A stretch of DNA of 64,000 bases from Ophelia neglecta (lineage: Eukaryota), in contig OZ260666.1 of NCBI GenBank assembly GCA_965285935.1, positions 64,914,001-64,978,000 on the forward strand, given 5' to 3'. The first letter of the stretch is position 1. Each line of letters starts with the position of its first letter. The notes beneath the pieces were generated by a model. That model saw only the letters and a list, made by a program, of their open reading frames with translations, was not told where the DNA came from and did not search any database. Both the position numbers and the translations under genes were made by a program. This document shows positions 37,738-50,900 of this stretch, in pieces.

Positions 37738-40700
37738 CTGATAAAGAAAAAATAAGTTCAAATAAGAGAACACGGAAAATTTAGTTAGTATACACTCCTA
37801 GTGAAAGAAAAAGAATTAAATATAATAGGCCTATATAACAACAAATCATACTGCTCAATTTGCTCAAATGTTTTCGGGTATACGCATGCGCAAGCTGCGG
37901 TCAATATTGATATTTTAGTTTTCATTGTTATTGTTATAGTTTTTAAGAGCTATTGGTAAAGTAATTTTACAAACGAAGGAGAAACCAAAAAATGGTGACT
38001 CTTTTGTATATGCGTTTCAAAGGTCTACCAGACATGAATAATTTCCGTTGGTATATCCTGAAAGCGGTAGTCCGTGACACTATTAATTGTTGGACATTTC
38101 TGATAAATTGACCTATGATATTACGCTATTATTCACATGTCCGAATGAATAGAACTTGGTTTGAAATTACGTGAAATTAACCAAAAGACTTCGACAAGAA
38201 AAGAGTGCGGTAATAAGGAACATAATGGGTAAAGCCACACTAATAGAGTGACTACTAAACATGTATCAACTGATTCCATTTAATTGTAAATTTCATACAT
38301 TCATAGACGGCGAGAAGCCATGATCATAGGATCAATTTCAATGTCCATTAAAAACGCGAGTGATCCCCACAATAATTATTAATCGATTTCCGCTGTTTAT
38401 TAATAGTATGAACACAGATAATGGCTCGATATAATAATTGTGTGCTTTCCTAACACGAGGGCATTTAATAGCTAGGAAACCTGTTTGTATGTCATGCACC
38501 ACTATTTTTAATGATTGTGATTGCTTATTGACAAAATATAGTAAAATATTTATCTTTATGTTTTCAGGACCTCGTAAGCGGACTGTCACGTACAAGTTGG
38601 CCTTACATGGTGAGTTAAAATTATTGTTCCTAAGTCGCATATACAACTAGGAAGCAAATAAGGTTAAATGTGGGAGGCAAAACTGATATTTTTGCTAAGG
38701 GGCCTAGTTTTATGGCATCGGACTTATGGGTCAAACAGAAGCCTTATAAATAAAGGAGATAAGAAGATTGCCTTACAGGATAAAGATTACCAAGGCATCA
38801 CGGCATTGTGCTAAGAACTATCTATGTGACTGGACCCAATTAGATCTATTCTCATACGTAGCTACCAAGCTGGACCGCTCTCAACATTGCATGCAGTTAG
38901 AAGGAAATTATGGTTTGTGTGTGTCATTGGGTTCTTTGACCTTTTTAAGGCATTTGCTAAGGCCATTGTCTTTCACTGATCGGTCACCATAAATCTCCAA
39001 CCCTAGGCTGGACGGCTGGCAGTTCGGGGTATTTTAAGTCGCCTGTATGTTTTATAACGTACCAAGCGTACTATGTTATCTAGGTCCATAACACGAGCTG
39101 TGTCAGGAACAAACTCCCTGGACACTTTTGATAAAATTCTGACATCGCCTTATACGACAGACAGACAGAGGTTGTTTTGTTTTTACCAATATGCAGTTCT
39201 TCTCTTGATAAGCCAGGGTTGATAAGACGGAATTTGATTTGGTTTCTAAGACCGCCTTTTCTGAGCCGTCTGGAAATCGCGATAGCATGATGCACTCTTA
39301 TAAATAAGGAAAAGAGTTCTTATTTTGTTTGAGACGAAAGAACAGCCGAGCAGGTGATCAGATACCCTTGCCAAGTTGTTCCCTTTTTCGCAAATACTCT
39401 GCCAAGCTGTACCTTTTTTCTCTACATGTTTTTGTGTGCCTTCTATAAATACGTTAATGTTTATCTTAATTTTGTTTGTTTTTAGTTAATTAACGGGTGA
39501 TTGGATAAATGCGTCCTACACTCAAACACGGTTGTAACCAAAAGGTTCATGGTTATAATCAACATGACAATGGCTTGTAAAAAGGTGATTTCTTCTATCC
39601 CTTCATTAGTTTTATGTAAAATTGTGGCTAGTTCTTAGTTTTGCGACTATCAACGATGACACTGCTGTCACCAATGGAGCGTTTCCTAGGACAGTGATCT
39701 GTAAACATTGAGTGGATTCATTTACTTGTCATTATTACTGGGCAATTGTTAAGCTATATTTTATCCATACATAAATGTCTTAGTATTAACAATGTATATG
39801 GCCATGTATATGTTATAGGCTAGGGTATAGGATATGTGTGGCTATCTCTCCCAACTCAGAACATCAAGTTACGTATCTACCTCGTAACCCTGATGACGAA
39901 GAAATGAAAAAAGTCACCTTTATATAAGACTCGCTGACTGGTGTGCGACCCTTTTCTAAGATTAACTCTAATTTAGGCTAAAGGTAAAACACTGCGGGAT
40001 TAGACGCAGCATTCTCTCGGGATTTGAAATTGGCAATGCCTCCAGCAATGGCTTTTAATATAAGGTGGATAGTTGATTGTAGTCTCTTGTTGAAGGTATT
40101 TGTGGGCGTTCAGACATTCCAGTAGTGCCTGGCTACCAGTCGGCCATTAAATATACACGGCTCCTCATATGAAAAACAACACAATCTCTATATGTATTAA
40201 CTAAAGCCACTTTCATTTGGTGCTTATGTTTTTTTTTTCATAGAATGTCAGCTAAATCTGTAGAAAGACTCGTTTATCTGTATGTTATTAGAGCCTTCGA
40301 CACCAATATTCTCTTTGAGGTTCCTTGTGTAACTTACACTTCCTTCATCTCAGCATAACCATCGTTCTTTTTCCAATTGCACAACTATTCCTTGGCGCTG
40401 TCCTATATGTATAGCCAAAATGTCACAAATTGATGTCGCATATTTTTTGTGCCAACATGTGATGTTGAGACAGTATTTTAGAGCTGCATTAGCTTTGAAC
40501 TATGTCAGTAAATAGATGACCCATTTCCCTAACGGGGGTGAGAACAAGCCAATTTGTATGTTTTCGAGGGCAGCGCTATTTTTCATAATGATGATGATGT
40601 GTACATCTTCTCCCTCGTTCGAAAGCTGGGCTTTCCGATCGAAAAGGCGCTATTTTCCGGGCGCTGTCTAGTGGTTACACGCAAACGTGGACAAATAAAC

Positions 40701-42181
40701 CATTGATACGTCAAAATATATCCATAATATGCAAATAAAGGTTTTTTGCCAACTTTGAAATGATGTCTGTTAAAGTAGTTATCCCCGGTTGCCCTAAACA
40801 GCTATCAATATATTAATGCCGCGATAAACGGTAATTTAAGGTAACCCTTAAACTTGAATAAATTATATTATATATACTCAAGAAATTCAATCATTTGCTA
40901 TGAAACTGTATATATCACTCCTTTGGTCATAGCAGTGCATCCTCTATAGACTGCCAATGCGTTTTAACAATAAAGTCTTGGGATCTTTTCTTGTTGCCTT
41001 ATACTTTCTTTACCACACGCGCACAACCAGTTCATGTAACTCGATAGTCAATGTCAGGAAAATGTAGGGTTCTATCTTATTTCCGGAGCCAAAACAAATA
41101 GGTACCGATTAAACCCTTGGTGTCATGTATATTTAGCAGGCGGAAACCTTGATAAGACGCGAATAATGCTAACAATGGCGTACATTTTATACAATTATGT
41201 CTATTACCAGGGAGTAAATTCCACCGACAATAATATAACGACTAATACATTGTTAGGATATCGCTAACATTTTCGTAAGAAAAAATGTGATCAGATGTTT
41301 CAATTTCTTCGTTGGTACTAATTGCAATGTTACATGCAATCAATGTTTGTTCGCGTCGCATCCTTTCAGGGATTTCATTAAGGTTAATTCACATATCATA
41401 CTAATTTAGTAAGATTTCATTTTCTTTGCTTTCGATGTGACATTTTTATAGAGTTTATTTGCAGTGAGATATAGTCTCTGCACTCCTTGCACAATATTAA
41501 TTTGGAGTCTAATAATATATAGACAGCTTTGGAGGTTTATCTCTCGTAGATTTTGACATGTATGAGTCCAAGGCCGTCATCATGTTATACCTTGATTAGT
41601 CTTAATGTTTCCTAGCACCTTCAGATGATCGGACGGTAGGAATGCCGTTAATGAAAGGGAATAATTATGTAGAAAATTATAGGTTATTGCAACCGGAATG
41701 GGGAAAATCTTTAATGTTACAGCTATAAGAAAACACATTAGTTTGTAAGCATGCTATAAAGAAACTCCTTACTTCATTTAGACCTATTATCGGTTATCTA
41801 TTGTCACGGTGATTAGTTCCTTTGTGATAATCCTGAGTTGAGAACAAAACTAGGGTTTGCTCATTTTATTTGCGTTCCGATCAAAACAAACTTCGTTTCG
41901 AGCTGTCTGTCAAAGAGCCAAATGGTAATTAAAGATTTGATTTGAAGTGTGAAGCGTATTGTATGAGGTTTTGATCATGTCATCAGCCTGAGATTTTAGT
42001 TCTGTCATGCATCGTGAATCAGAAGTTACGTGATACCCAAATTCCGATAAAAGGTTAATAGAAATTTGGCGCATGAAAAAATGTATTAAACATTCTTTTC
42101 TCGGTGTCTAATCAATTAGTCACAAGCACGACTAAGCTATTTACATAAATACCTTGACAATCAGCCAGGAATGACACATGT

Positions 42182-42509
42182 TATAATACATTCCGATTCC
42201 TGCTATAATCTATTCTAATTCCTACTATAATCTATTCTGATTCCTGCTATAATCTATTCTGATTCCTGCTATAATCTGTATTCTGATTCCTGCCATAATC
42301 TATTCTGATTCTTGCTATACACTTTCCTGATTCCTGCTATAATCTATTCTAATTCCTTCTAATTTCTATTCTGATGCATGCTATAATCTATTCTGATTCA
42401 CCCTATCATCTATTCTGATTCCGCTTATAATCTATTCTGAATCCTCCTATAATCTTTTCTGATTCCTCCTTTAATCTATTCTGATTCCTTCTATAATATG
42501 TTCTAATTC
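42182..42509. repeat. 22-bp minisatellite (ATTCCTGCTATAATCTATTCTG), ~15 diverged copies
   Basis: Directly visible tandem array in the intron between the signal-peptide exon and P1. Confidence 0.92.
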
Positions 42510-43341
42510 AAACACACCGTACGCAAAGAATCTTTAGCCAGCTTGGAAAATCATCCGATTATGACTAAAGTAATTTCGCTGGCTGTTTAATGATGCGCAG
42601 TTAGTAATTGTAGATGCCCCAGATTGACACTTTTTACCCTTTTCCTCTGTAAACTTGTGTTGTTCGATTTTACCCTATTCCAATATTTACTTGTGCCGTT
42701 CATTTCCACCATCGCCTAAGGCGAGAACGGATTGTAAAAACTACATTCTTTTTAGTTCTCGTGCCGGAAGGTTTTACGAGGGAGAACATTTCCGGATTTA
42801 CAACAAGCACCAAAAGCGTTCCTACTTGTTCATATTTCATTGATCTTATATTGATCTACTTTGAGAATGGACGTCACTTTTCAGCCCCCGTGTGTTGTTT
42901 TTAAATTACACCGAGGCAACCCGGAGATAAAGGAAATGTCAGTTTTATCATAAAGCAATGCAATGAGCCTTTTGTACCAAAGGAGTTTATCAAATCTATG
43001 ACTACTCGGACACTTATTGTCTGCAATGTTGTAACCCTTTCCATAAAGAATAAATCAGGCTTTGTGGAATGACAGCAAAAGAATACAAACGAAATCATTT
43101 TAACATTTACATTTGCAATATTCCCAGCAACTTTGATCTCATATATTTTCCAGAATGGCACTTCCAGATATAATGCGTTGAAGAGGGTGTTTTTTCAGTG
43201 CTTATTTTGTCGAAAAACAACCAAAGCTATCCACGGGAATTTTAATTACATCTGATCTTAGTGTTAAAGTTGATTTTTTTTTCTACATGATTAATATCCA
43301 ACCCTATGGTTGTTCTTTTTGCGATTCCTCTTAACACTTAC

Positions 43342-43445
43342 TTGAGAGCATTGTCTATGTTTTCCTGCTGAGTAGCTTGCGTGAGTTGTATGGTTAGGTA
43401 CACCATACATACAACTAGCGACGCACTCTTCATCTGTGCATTCAT
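43342..43445 (-). CDS. CALC: Calcitonin-family precursor, signal-peptide exon (exon 43458-43342)
   Basis: Acceptor gttttctgtttcAG, then 13 nt of UTR and an ATG at 43445. It encodes MNAQMKSASLVVCMVYLTIQLTQA-TQQENIDNAL and ends in phase 2 (AA|GTAAGT). Confidence 0.85.
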
Positions 43446-46299
43446 GTCTCTTCCGGTTCTGAAACAGAAAACATTAAGTTCATTAATAATTGATAAGAAT
43501 TGAGAGATACTTAAAAGGCATTTATGATCACTATTTATTGTTAAATCTTGACGATGCTTGTTAAAATCCTCAGTAGTGTATTGATATACAATCAGGATGT
43601 CGCATGTCGTCTGCTGTAGTTTGTAGTGACAGCATGGGTGGGTCTAGGCGTCTTATTGGCAGACGAACTCAACTTTATGCCGACAACCTTTCAAAGTGCG
43701 AAATAAAATGAGCCAGTTACTCCGCTAAAGATGGCCTTTGCACTTTTGACAAATTGCCCTCAGTGATAGGAATAGTAACAATTGGCAAGCCGAAAGAGCA
43801 ACCCTGAAAACAACAAGATAAATCATGCGTATGGGTCGGTAACTTCTGGACAGAACTTGCATCTTCTTTATTACCCTTATCAAGCATACAATATGTATAC
43901 GCTATAATAAGGAACACTCTTTGAATATTGACGATATTATGCTCTGACAGGTGCAGAAAAGAGATAAATAAACTATCACTTGTAAGAAAAAAGCCAGTCA
44001 CCGCGGCACCTTTACGGTGTTGGCTGTATCCGCATTTATTTGAGAAACATAATTCTTAATGCGTTAGACGAGTTACAACTTGCTGTCGTTCTGCGTGTTT
44101 GTACTGTCGCTATGGCCGTTAGTAAATCATAAAGTGATATTCTCTTAATTAATCATGCTACTGGACATTTCTCTAAGCTGTGTCTTAGATCCACAAGAAC
44201 ATAGAGTCAAACAGGATATTGTCAAACAGGATATAAAGGGGGCGTGCTTTTCAAATATCAAGGGAACTAACTAAGGCTATTCTGTATTAATCTTGTTTCC
44301 GCTTATTTACGGTCGATTGTTATATATGAGCTGTCCAGCAAGTCCCTAGCTACTTTAAAATGATAACAGATCACTTTAATTGCTACTTTGTGCCTCCCAA
44401 AATGTCTGTTGTGTGAAAGTGTATATCAATCCGCAAGGCATACCGGTAGTCGAGTGCGCGGTCACAGAATCCTAATTGAGAAGCCAGTGGTCTCACAATC
44501 CCCAAATGTAAGAACCGAAGCATTAGAGTAATACGTCACGTGTATCATGCCAATATACGTCTTCACCACTGGGGAGTGATTTTAGCCTGCGAGAGGTGTA
44601 AAAAGACTATTTGTGTGATGTACTTGGTATCGTCTAGTTGATAGTCAAACCAGTCGAATTTCTTCTCGAAAGAATGAGAAAATTGTTTAAAAACCTGAAT
44701 ATTTATGCTGCTATTTTATTATCATCCATAGGAAATCGTAACCATATCATTCCCGTATTATCATAATTTGTCTAGGATGTGCCCTGCAGTAATCGACCTT
44801 TGTTTCAAAGAATTGAATCGGGCACTGATCTATTGAGTTAATGTGCCTTTGTCTTAGAAGTTACCTTCGCTGACCACAAAGCGCCTACTGTGGCCTGACA
44901 GTTTCTTGGCCAGGATGGCCTCCAGCCATGTTTGGTGATTATTACTCTAGCGTACACCGTATTTAATTGTAACGTCCCCATAGCTCATATTTCTCTATAG
45001 ACCATCAAATTGTGTTTGCGAAAACGATTTTCGGTGACTCTGGTATTGTTATTTTGTAGTATGGCAAATCAGAAACAAATGTTCTTTTCACGGTCAGGTT
45101 CTCACATGAAGCTTAAGCCAGTTTATTTCTCGTAACTCGCCCAAAAAAAACCCATCGAATGACTATAAGGGGATTAAGGCGTCACTCTGGTCCATGGTAA
45201 ATTGTCGTACGTGAGCTTCTTTATAATGTAATAAACTGGCGGACTCATGAGACCAACAATAGAATGCAAAGTTATAGTATCAGCAAGATTTTGAAGGTCG
45301 GCTATACCTGTAGGCGTTTTCGAGATTAGATTATTGGCGGAGTAATTATTGAGTAAAGCGGCTAATGCCCTGCCGGAATTCACTTCGTTTTTTCAACTCT
45401 CAGGCCGTCTCCTTCGCGTAGGAATTGGAGTGCGGACTTCTTTTGGTGTCAAGCATTGACGACATTAGCTAGAGCCACTATACAACATTTAGAAAGTTAA
45501 GACTCTTTGGCAATGGCAGTTAAACAGTGAGTGCCCCTTGTATATACCATGGTTTTATGGCATTAAAAGCTAATGTACCGTAAATTAGCTTCTCATTGGA
45601 AGCATGAGTCGTACCCTTCAACTTAAACGTCTGAAAAATGCTCACATGTGAGAGTTTTAATGCCATGGGTTCTGTCATTTTTGTGACATGTTTTGAATCA
45701 GTATCGAAAGCTACTGATATATTTATTCTCTGTAACTGTCCTGATCATATGTATAACCTTCGAGTATGGTTATTTTTAATAATATGCTTAAATAAATAGC
45801 AGAAATCAGATTTCCATCATCCGCGCCCCCCCCCCCTCCCCCTCCCCCCACCACCGTACAAAGCCAGGCTCATAAATAAGGAATGATGGTTTTAGGGTTA
45901 ATGCTCTACCATAATGCAGGTGGAATTTTAGTAATGAGAAGCTAAAATTTCCCTTTTATGAAAAGGAGCGATTGAGGTCTGGCGATATTCACTAAGCTTG
46001 AATTATTTATTAGAGTGCAGCTTTCCTGACAGATCACAAAGTGAAGGTAAAAAACGGAATATAATTCTAACAATTTATTGCCTGAATAGACTGTTTAATA
46101 GACTCCGAAGTTTGAGAAAAGGCTAATGATATAGCACCAGATAATTTGCCCAATTTTCTTTGATATTGCATCCATGAGCAGAGGTTCTCTTGTTCTTAGT
46201 CCAATTTCACTTCAAACGTTTTATTAGAATCGCGTGGTGGTAAAAGGTCCCAATTGTGACAATAATAATTTGTTTGATAAATCACGTTTGTTCTGATGC

Positions 46300-47950
46300 A
46301 GAAATAAAAGACTATAGTCATTTATTTATAAGATATGGAGTTGTTTATTGGTAAAAATCACACTTCAGCCGACCGTCATAAAAGTGGACCTCAATGGAAT
46401 ACACAGTTTAGCAAACTCCTTAATATGGATTACACAAAGGAGAGCGAGCTATTTGTTTATTGGGGAATAAAAGCCTTCCATACTTAAGAGAAAATATCGA
46501 AGACAATAACCCATTGAACAGATTTCTAAATTGAAAGGAAATATCTCAGGAAATAAGGAAAAATTATATATCTATATATAGCATTAGAAAATATGTTCAG
46601 ACTGAGCCGTAAAAAAAGTTTATATTTTATACTCTTAAAACAATAATAGAGAACCTTCACAAAAAATTAAAAACCTAAAAAGCCGTTATTTGTACTTTAG
46701 TTTATCGAACCCTTCCATTTGATCAACTATTGAGGAAAAGTATTACTGGAAATGTGGTGATTAAATCAATTTGTTATCTAGGAATATAGTATCCCCCGGG
46801 ATAGAATTATCTGCCTTGGGCAGTTGATTACTGTTAATATATGAATGGCTTAAATGTTGTCGTAATAAGTTGGATAACTATTGTGAAAATGGGGTTTAAC
46901 AAGGAAACAGATAAGTTTAAGGCTAAGATTATAAGTAAGAATGAGAAAGATAATGAGTACCTGGGACTGAGTGTTTTTATCAAATGTTCAATTATGATTC
47001 ATGTGAAATTGTAAAACACATTCAATTTTTTGGATTTATTATTTCATTGACGAAAAGGAATTCTGAAGCATGTTCCGTCCAAATATTAAAGTATTCTGTA
47101 ATGCAGGAGTGATACATTAGTCACACGGCCCGGTATATGTACATGTATATATTTGAACATTCCTGATGACCAGAGCACTTGTATAGCACGATAACAGCAA
47201 TGAAGTGCTGGCTGTTATCAGCCCACGGCCATTGTTGTAGAGGAGGCAGGCTTTGTTAGAGAGGTTTAGATTTGCGTGACATACCGCCTCTGATCCTATG
47301 GGCACCACAAACCAGGTATTAATAACCACTTTGATTACCACCTTTAATCATGATGCTTATTTATTTGGAATACAATACCACTTTGACGGGGCCCAATGTT
47401 TCTCTGAAATGTCAGAAATATTAATACACTCTAATGGCTATATGATGAAAAGCTCAAACCAGCTTCTCTGACCGCTGCGTGACGCTCTTCTACTCTGACC
47501 GCCGCGTGTCGGTCATCTCCTCTGGCCGCCGCGTGGCGGTCATCTCCTGTGGCCGCCGCGTGACGGTCATCTCCTCTGGCCGACACGTGACGGTCATCTC
47601 CTCTGGCCGCCGCGTGACGGTAATCTCCTCTAGCCGCGTGACGGTCATCTCCTCTGGCCGACACGTGACGGTCATCTCCTCTGGCCGACGCGTGACGGTC
47701 ATCTCCCCTGGCCGACGCGTGACGGTCATCTCCTCCGCCGCGTGAATTATTTTTTCTTTTGAGCATTTCCAAATAGCATTCAAGTTATACGTGGTACAAG
47801 TCTGAGGTCGAATAAAGAATTGTTCATTTGTTTCGTTAGTAAGTCCGTAAATTATCATGATCCTCTTGACATTTTCCAGAAGCCCATAAAGAAAGTGTAT
47901 CTTTGTATTTAAAGGTAAACAGCGAGCTGTCGAGCGCCAAAGCAGGTTTA
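46300..47950 (+). mobile_element. Possible decayed CR1/L2-like LINE remnant interrupted by the 27-bp minisatellite
   Basis: Degenerate endonuclease-like fragments ('ELFVYWG' ~46445, 'DQLL' ~46720, 'GIELSALGS' ~46800) and a WFKSYL-like 'WYKS...R' (~47790) appear in the expected order, with many stops. Confidence 0.3.
47471..47745. repeat. 27-bp GC/CpG-rich minisatellite (CGCGTGACGGTCATCTCCTCTGGCCG[A/C]), ~10 copies
   Basis: Directly visible tandem array, with one 24-bp variant unit. It explains the three overlapping repetitive ORFs in the track. Confidence 0.93.
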
Positions 47951-50900
47951 GTCAATTATATGCCTATGGCCAGAAGGTGATTGTGGAAAAACGAGCATAC
48001 TGTCCTAAGTAAAAAGGTTTCATCCTGTTTTACGACAACGGCTTCCTGCTTTACGACTGTAGACGTGTCTCTTCAGGGCCAACATAGGAACCCCAGATGG
48101 AAAGCAATTGTCGTCTGCCACTAGTGGACACTTCCTGCGCTGTCGTGAGTAATACACGCGACAGCCTAGACTGGAAACACATGTCATGTGTGTGTGTTCT
48201 GGTTTGTGCCTTAACGCTTCATGGCCAAATTGGTCGGGCTAAGGACGAGCCGCTTAACATCACGTGGGTGACGGATAGCATTAGTAATGGGGCAAAGTAA
48301 ACAAGAGGAATTTCCGGTACCAGGAGGCCAATCGTGATAACGAGCAAAATGGCGTAATAGCCTTAACAAATAAGAAAATTAGTAAATGAATGCCCCGGCC
48401 GACTAATGTTAAATATCGACGTCAGGAAACCTATACTTTCCTATAATATGTAACACGCGCATACCGTTTTCGGTAAGCAGGGAAAAATGTGTTGCAGAAG
48501 ATCACAACTGGAAAGTCAGCCGCCCCCATACATTATCACCCGTGCCTTTGTTCTCACATTAGTCTTTGATGATTTTTGGCAGAGAAAGAAGCCGTAATAT
48601 ACCCAGATTAATTCTTCGACCTGAGGATCTTCTTTATCATGCGGGTGATAACAAAGAAGTAGAGTTATTGTCAACGCTCTAACGAGTTCCCTCACATCTC
48701 AGCCGCAGTAATCCGCCAGATCACTCCGCTGGTTGAGTAACCCGGCCGTAGAGCCCTATTGTTGGTGAGGGATCGAATACATCAAATCCTAGGATTACCT
48801 ACTTATAATTGCAACGCTCTATAGTAGGCAAAAAAATATGGCTTTTTGTTGGGATATTTAAAAAATAAGTGTTTCCATTGCGTTCTGTTTGACTCGCCCA
48901 AAGCACACTTTCCCCACTAAACACAGTATTTGCAGTTACCGTTGTTTTAATGTCGGCAGGCAGGATCACAGCAACTGTGTACAATTTGTTTCAGTTCAAA
49001 TTTGGGAATTTGAGAACCAAAAATCAACAAGTGCCATATAGTCGTAGGCTGATTCGTCTCATGTTGATTTGCTCTTAGGGGCGCAACGATGACTGTGAGC
49101 AGGATAAGGGAAGACTGCTGCAATCAGAAATTGAGATGCAAGGCTAAAGGAAACACTATCAGAAACGTTTGTCATTTTGGCAGTTATGTTGGGAGTATAA
49201 TATATCTTACATCACTACTAGCTTTCCTGGTTTCACATTTAAATGGCTAGAAAAAGATACGTGAATGAATTCAATAAAATTCTTCGGAAGACTTTGCCTA
49301 GTACTCGGCATTGAAAGTCCCGTACTGCAAAAAATCATACACATACTTAGTGATGCAGGTGCGTCTATAGGCCACACCACAATTTGTTTTCCTTTGAAAA
49401 TAGTTCTAAAAAAACAAACCACACAATGCCCGTTTCGAATGAGTATCGTTTGATGTTATAACCTCAAGGATAATGAATTTATGGGCTATAGTTTTCATAC
49501 ATGTTCGTGTATGTCCGAAACAAAACAGACTGAGAATAAACTAAACAGTCCGTGATTTCCGTAAGAGAGGGGCCAGGTACTGGCGGGTTATCAATAGAAA
49601 CATTGCCATTATCTTCAAAAAGGGCCGCAACGAATCAGTTTTAAAGGTCGTGGGCGAAACACACGCACCTGTGTGCCCACTGTTACATTTGTTTGTCTCC
49701 ACATTGTAACTGGAGTCTATACATTTTTTATTAAGTATCGGCGACCATAACGTGCATGTTTAACATGATAATGGTGGTGAGCCATGGTTAGGCGAGAACT
49801 CGAGCCACCACTACCAGGGCAAAAGACTTCCTTTAACAGCCTACTCGTAGCTGTAGAATCGATCGAGCAAAACTCATCAGTTGTAATAAGTAAATGGTCG
49901 GCTTTTAACTTCATTCCCAGTTGGATATTGGGAAGTCAGTCTATGAGAGTTCCCTGTTTGCTCTGAAATTAATCATATTGTGTACACACTGAAGTTATCG
50001 TGTGTCCGTAAGATTTCATAATTCGGGCGAATGTAGTACAAACATACCAGAACCAGCTGGATGTACCGAGCTCATATGAACTTCTCCTGGGGTTATCACA
50101 AAAGGCAATACAATTAACTTGCTAATAGCATAATCAATAAGAAAATTGATACAGCAAACAAGCAGGGACTAGAATGGCCGGGCATTAGACTTAGGTTCCT
50201 GGACTAATGTCACTTTATTGAATTTGGCAACTTCACGCCCCACCCCCGAAGAATGTTATCAATAAATTGCATATATTCGGCTAGCTGTTGGTTTGGGCAA
50301 ATACAAATAGACATTAACGATTGTTTGTAGCCTGGACTATAGATATATTTTGAAGTAGTATATAGCTTTCTTTATAACTTGTTTATGAACTGATAGGTGA
50401 CTTCAGATGTTACTTATTTTGCAGCGGTTTTTAGTCTAGCGTGAGTGTGGGCGTCACGTCGAGACCAAGTCAGAAAAGACCGCCTCCGATTTCCATCTGC
50501 AATATTCGAATAAAAATAAGACATGAACTATCTTATCGACTCTTTCATAATCCCCATTCCTTATCGTACATGGCAGTAAAGTGACGCGTATGTATCACTC
50601 TCTTTTTTGTCCGCTTGTATTCGGATGCTTTATCAGTTTTGAAATCTGTATTGAGTCATGACGCCTTTTCGCCCTGCGATTTGTTTCATTTCCCGTCACT
50701 GCTGCACAAAGGTTTGATGTGAAAGCGACTTGAAATGATGACCGGTCTTGCCGTCCAAAGAAAACATAAACCTCCTCCGCCCCCCCCCCCCCCCTATCTC
50801 CCGCTTCCTAGCCTTCCACTTGCGTCTTTTTCATTTGTGTTCCCAGCCAACACGGTGCTTTCCCATATATGTTTCGTGTCTATATTATACCCCTGTGAAC

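Noticed and set aside
39187-39269. Candidate minus-strand exon (RLRKGGLRNQIKFRL...)
   Set aside because: It ends in phase 1, incompatible with the phase-2 neighbours, and does not resemble the pro-region.
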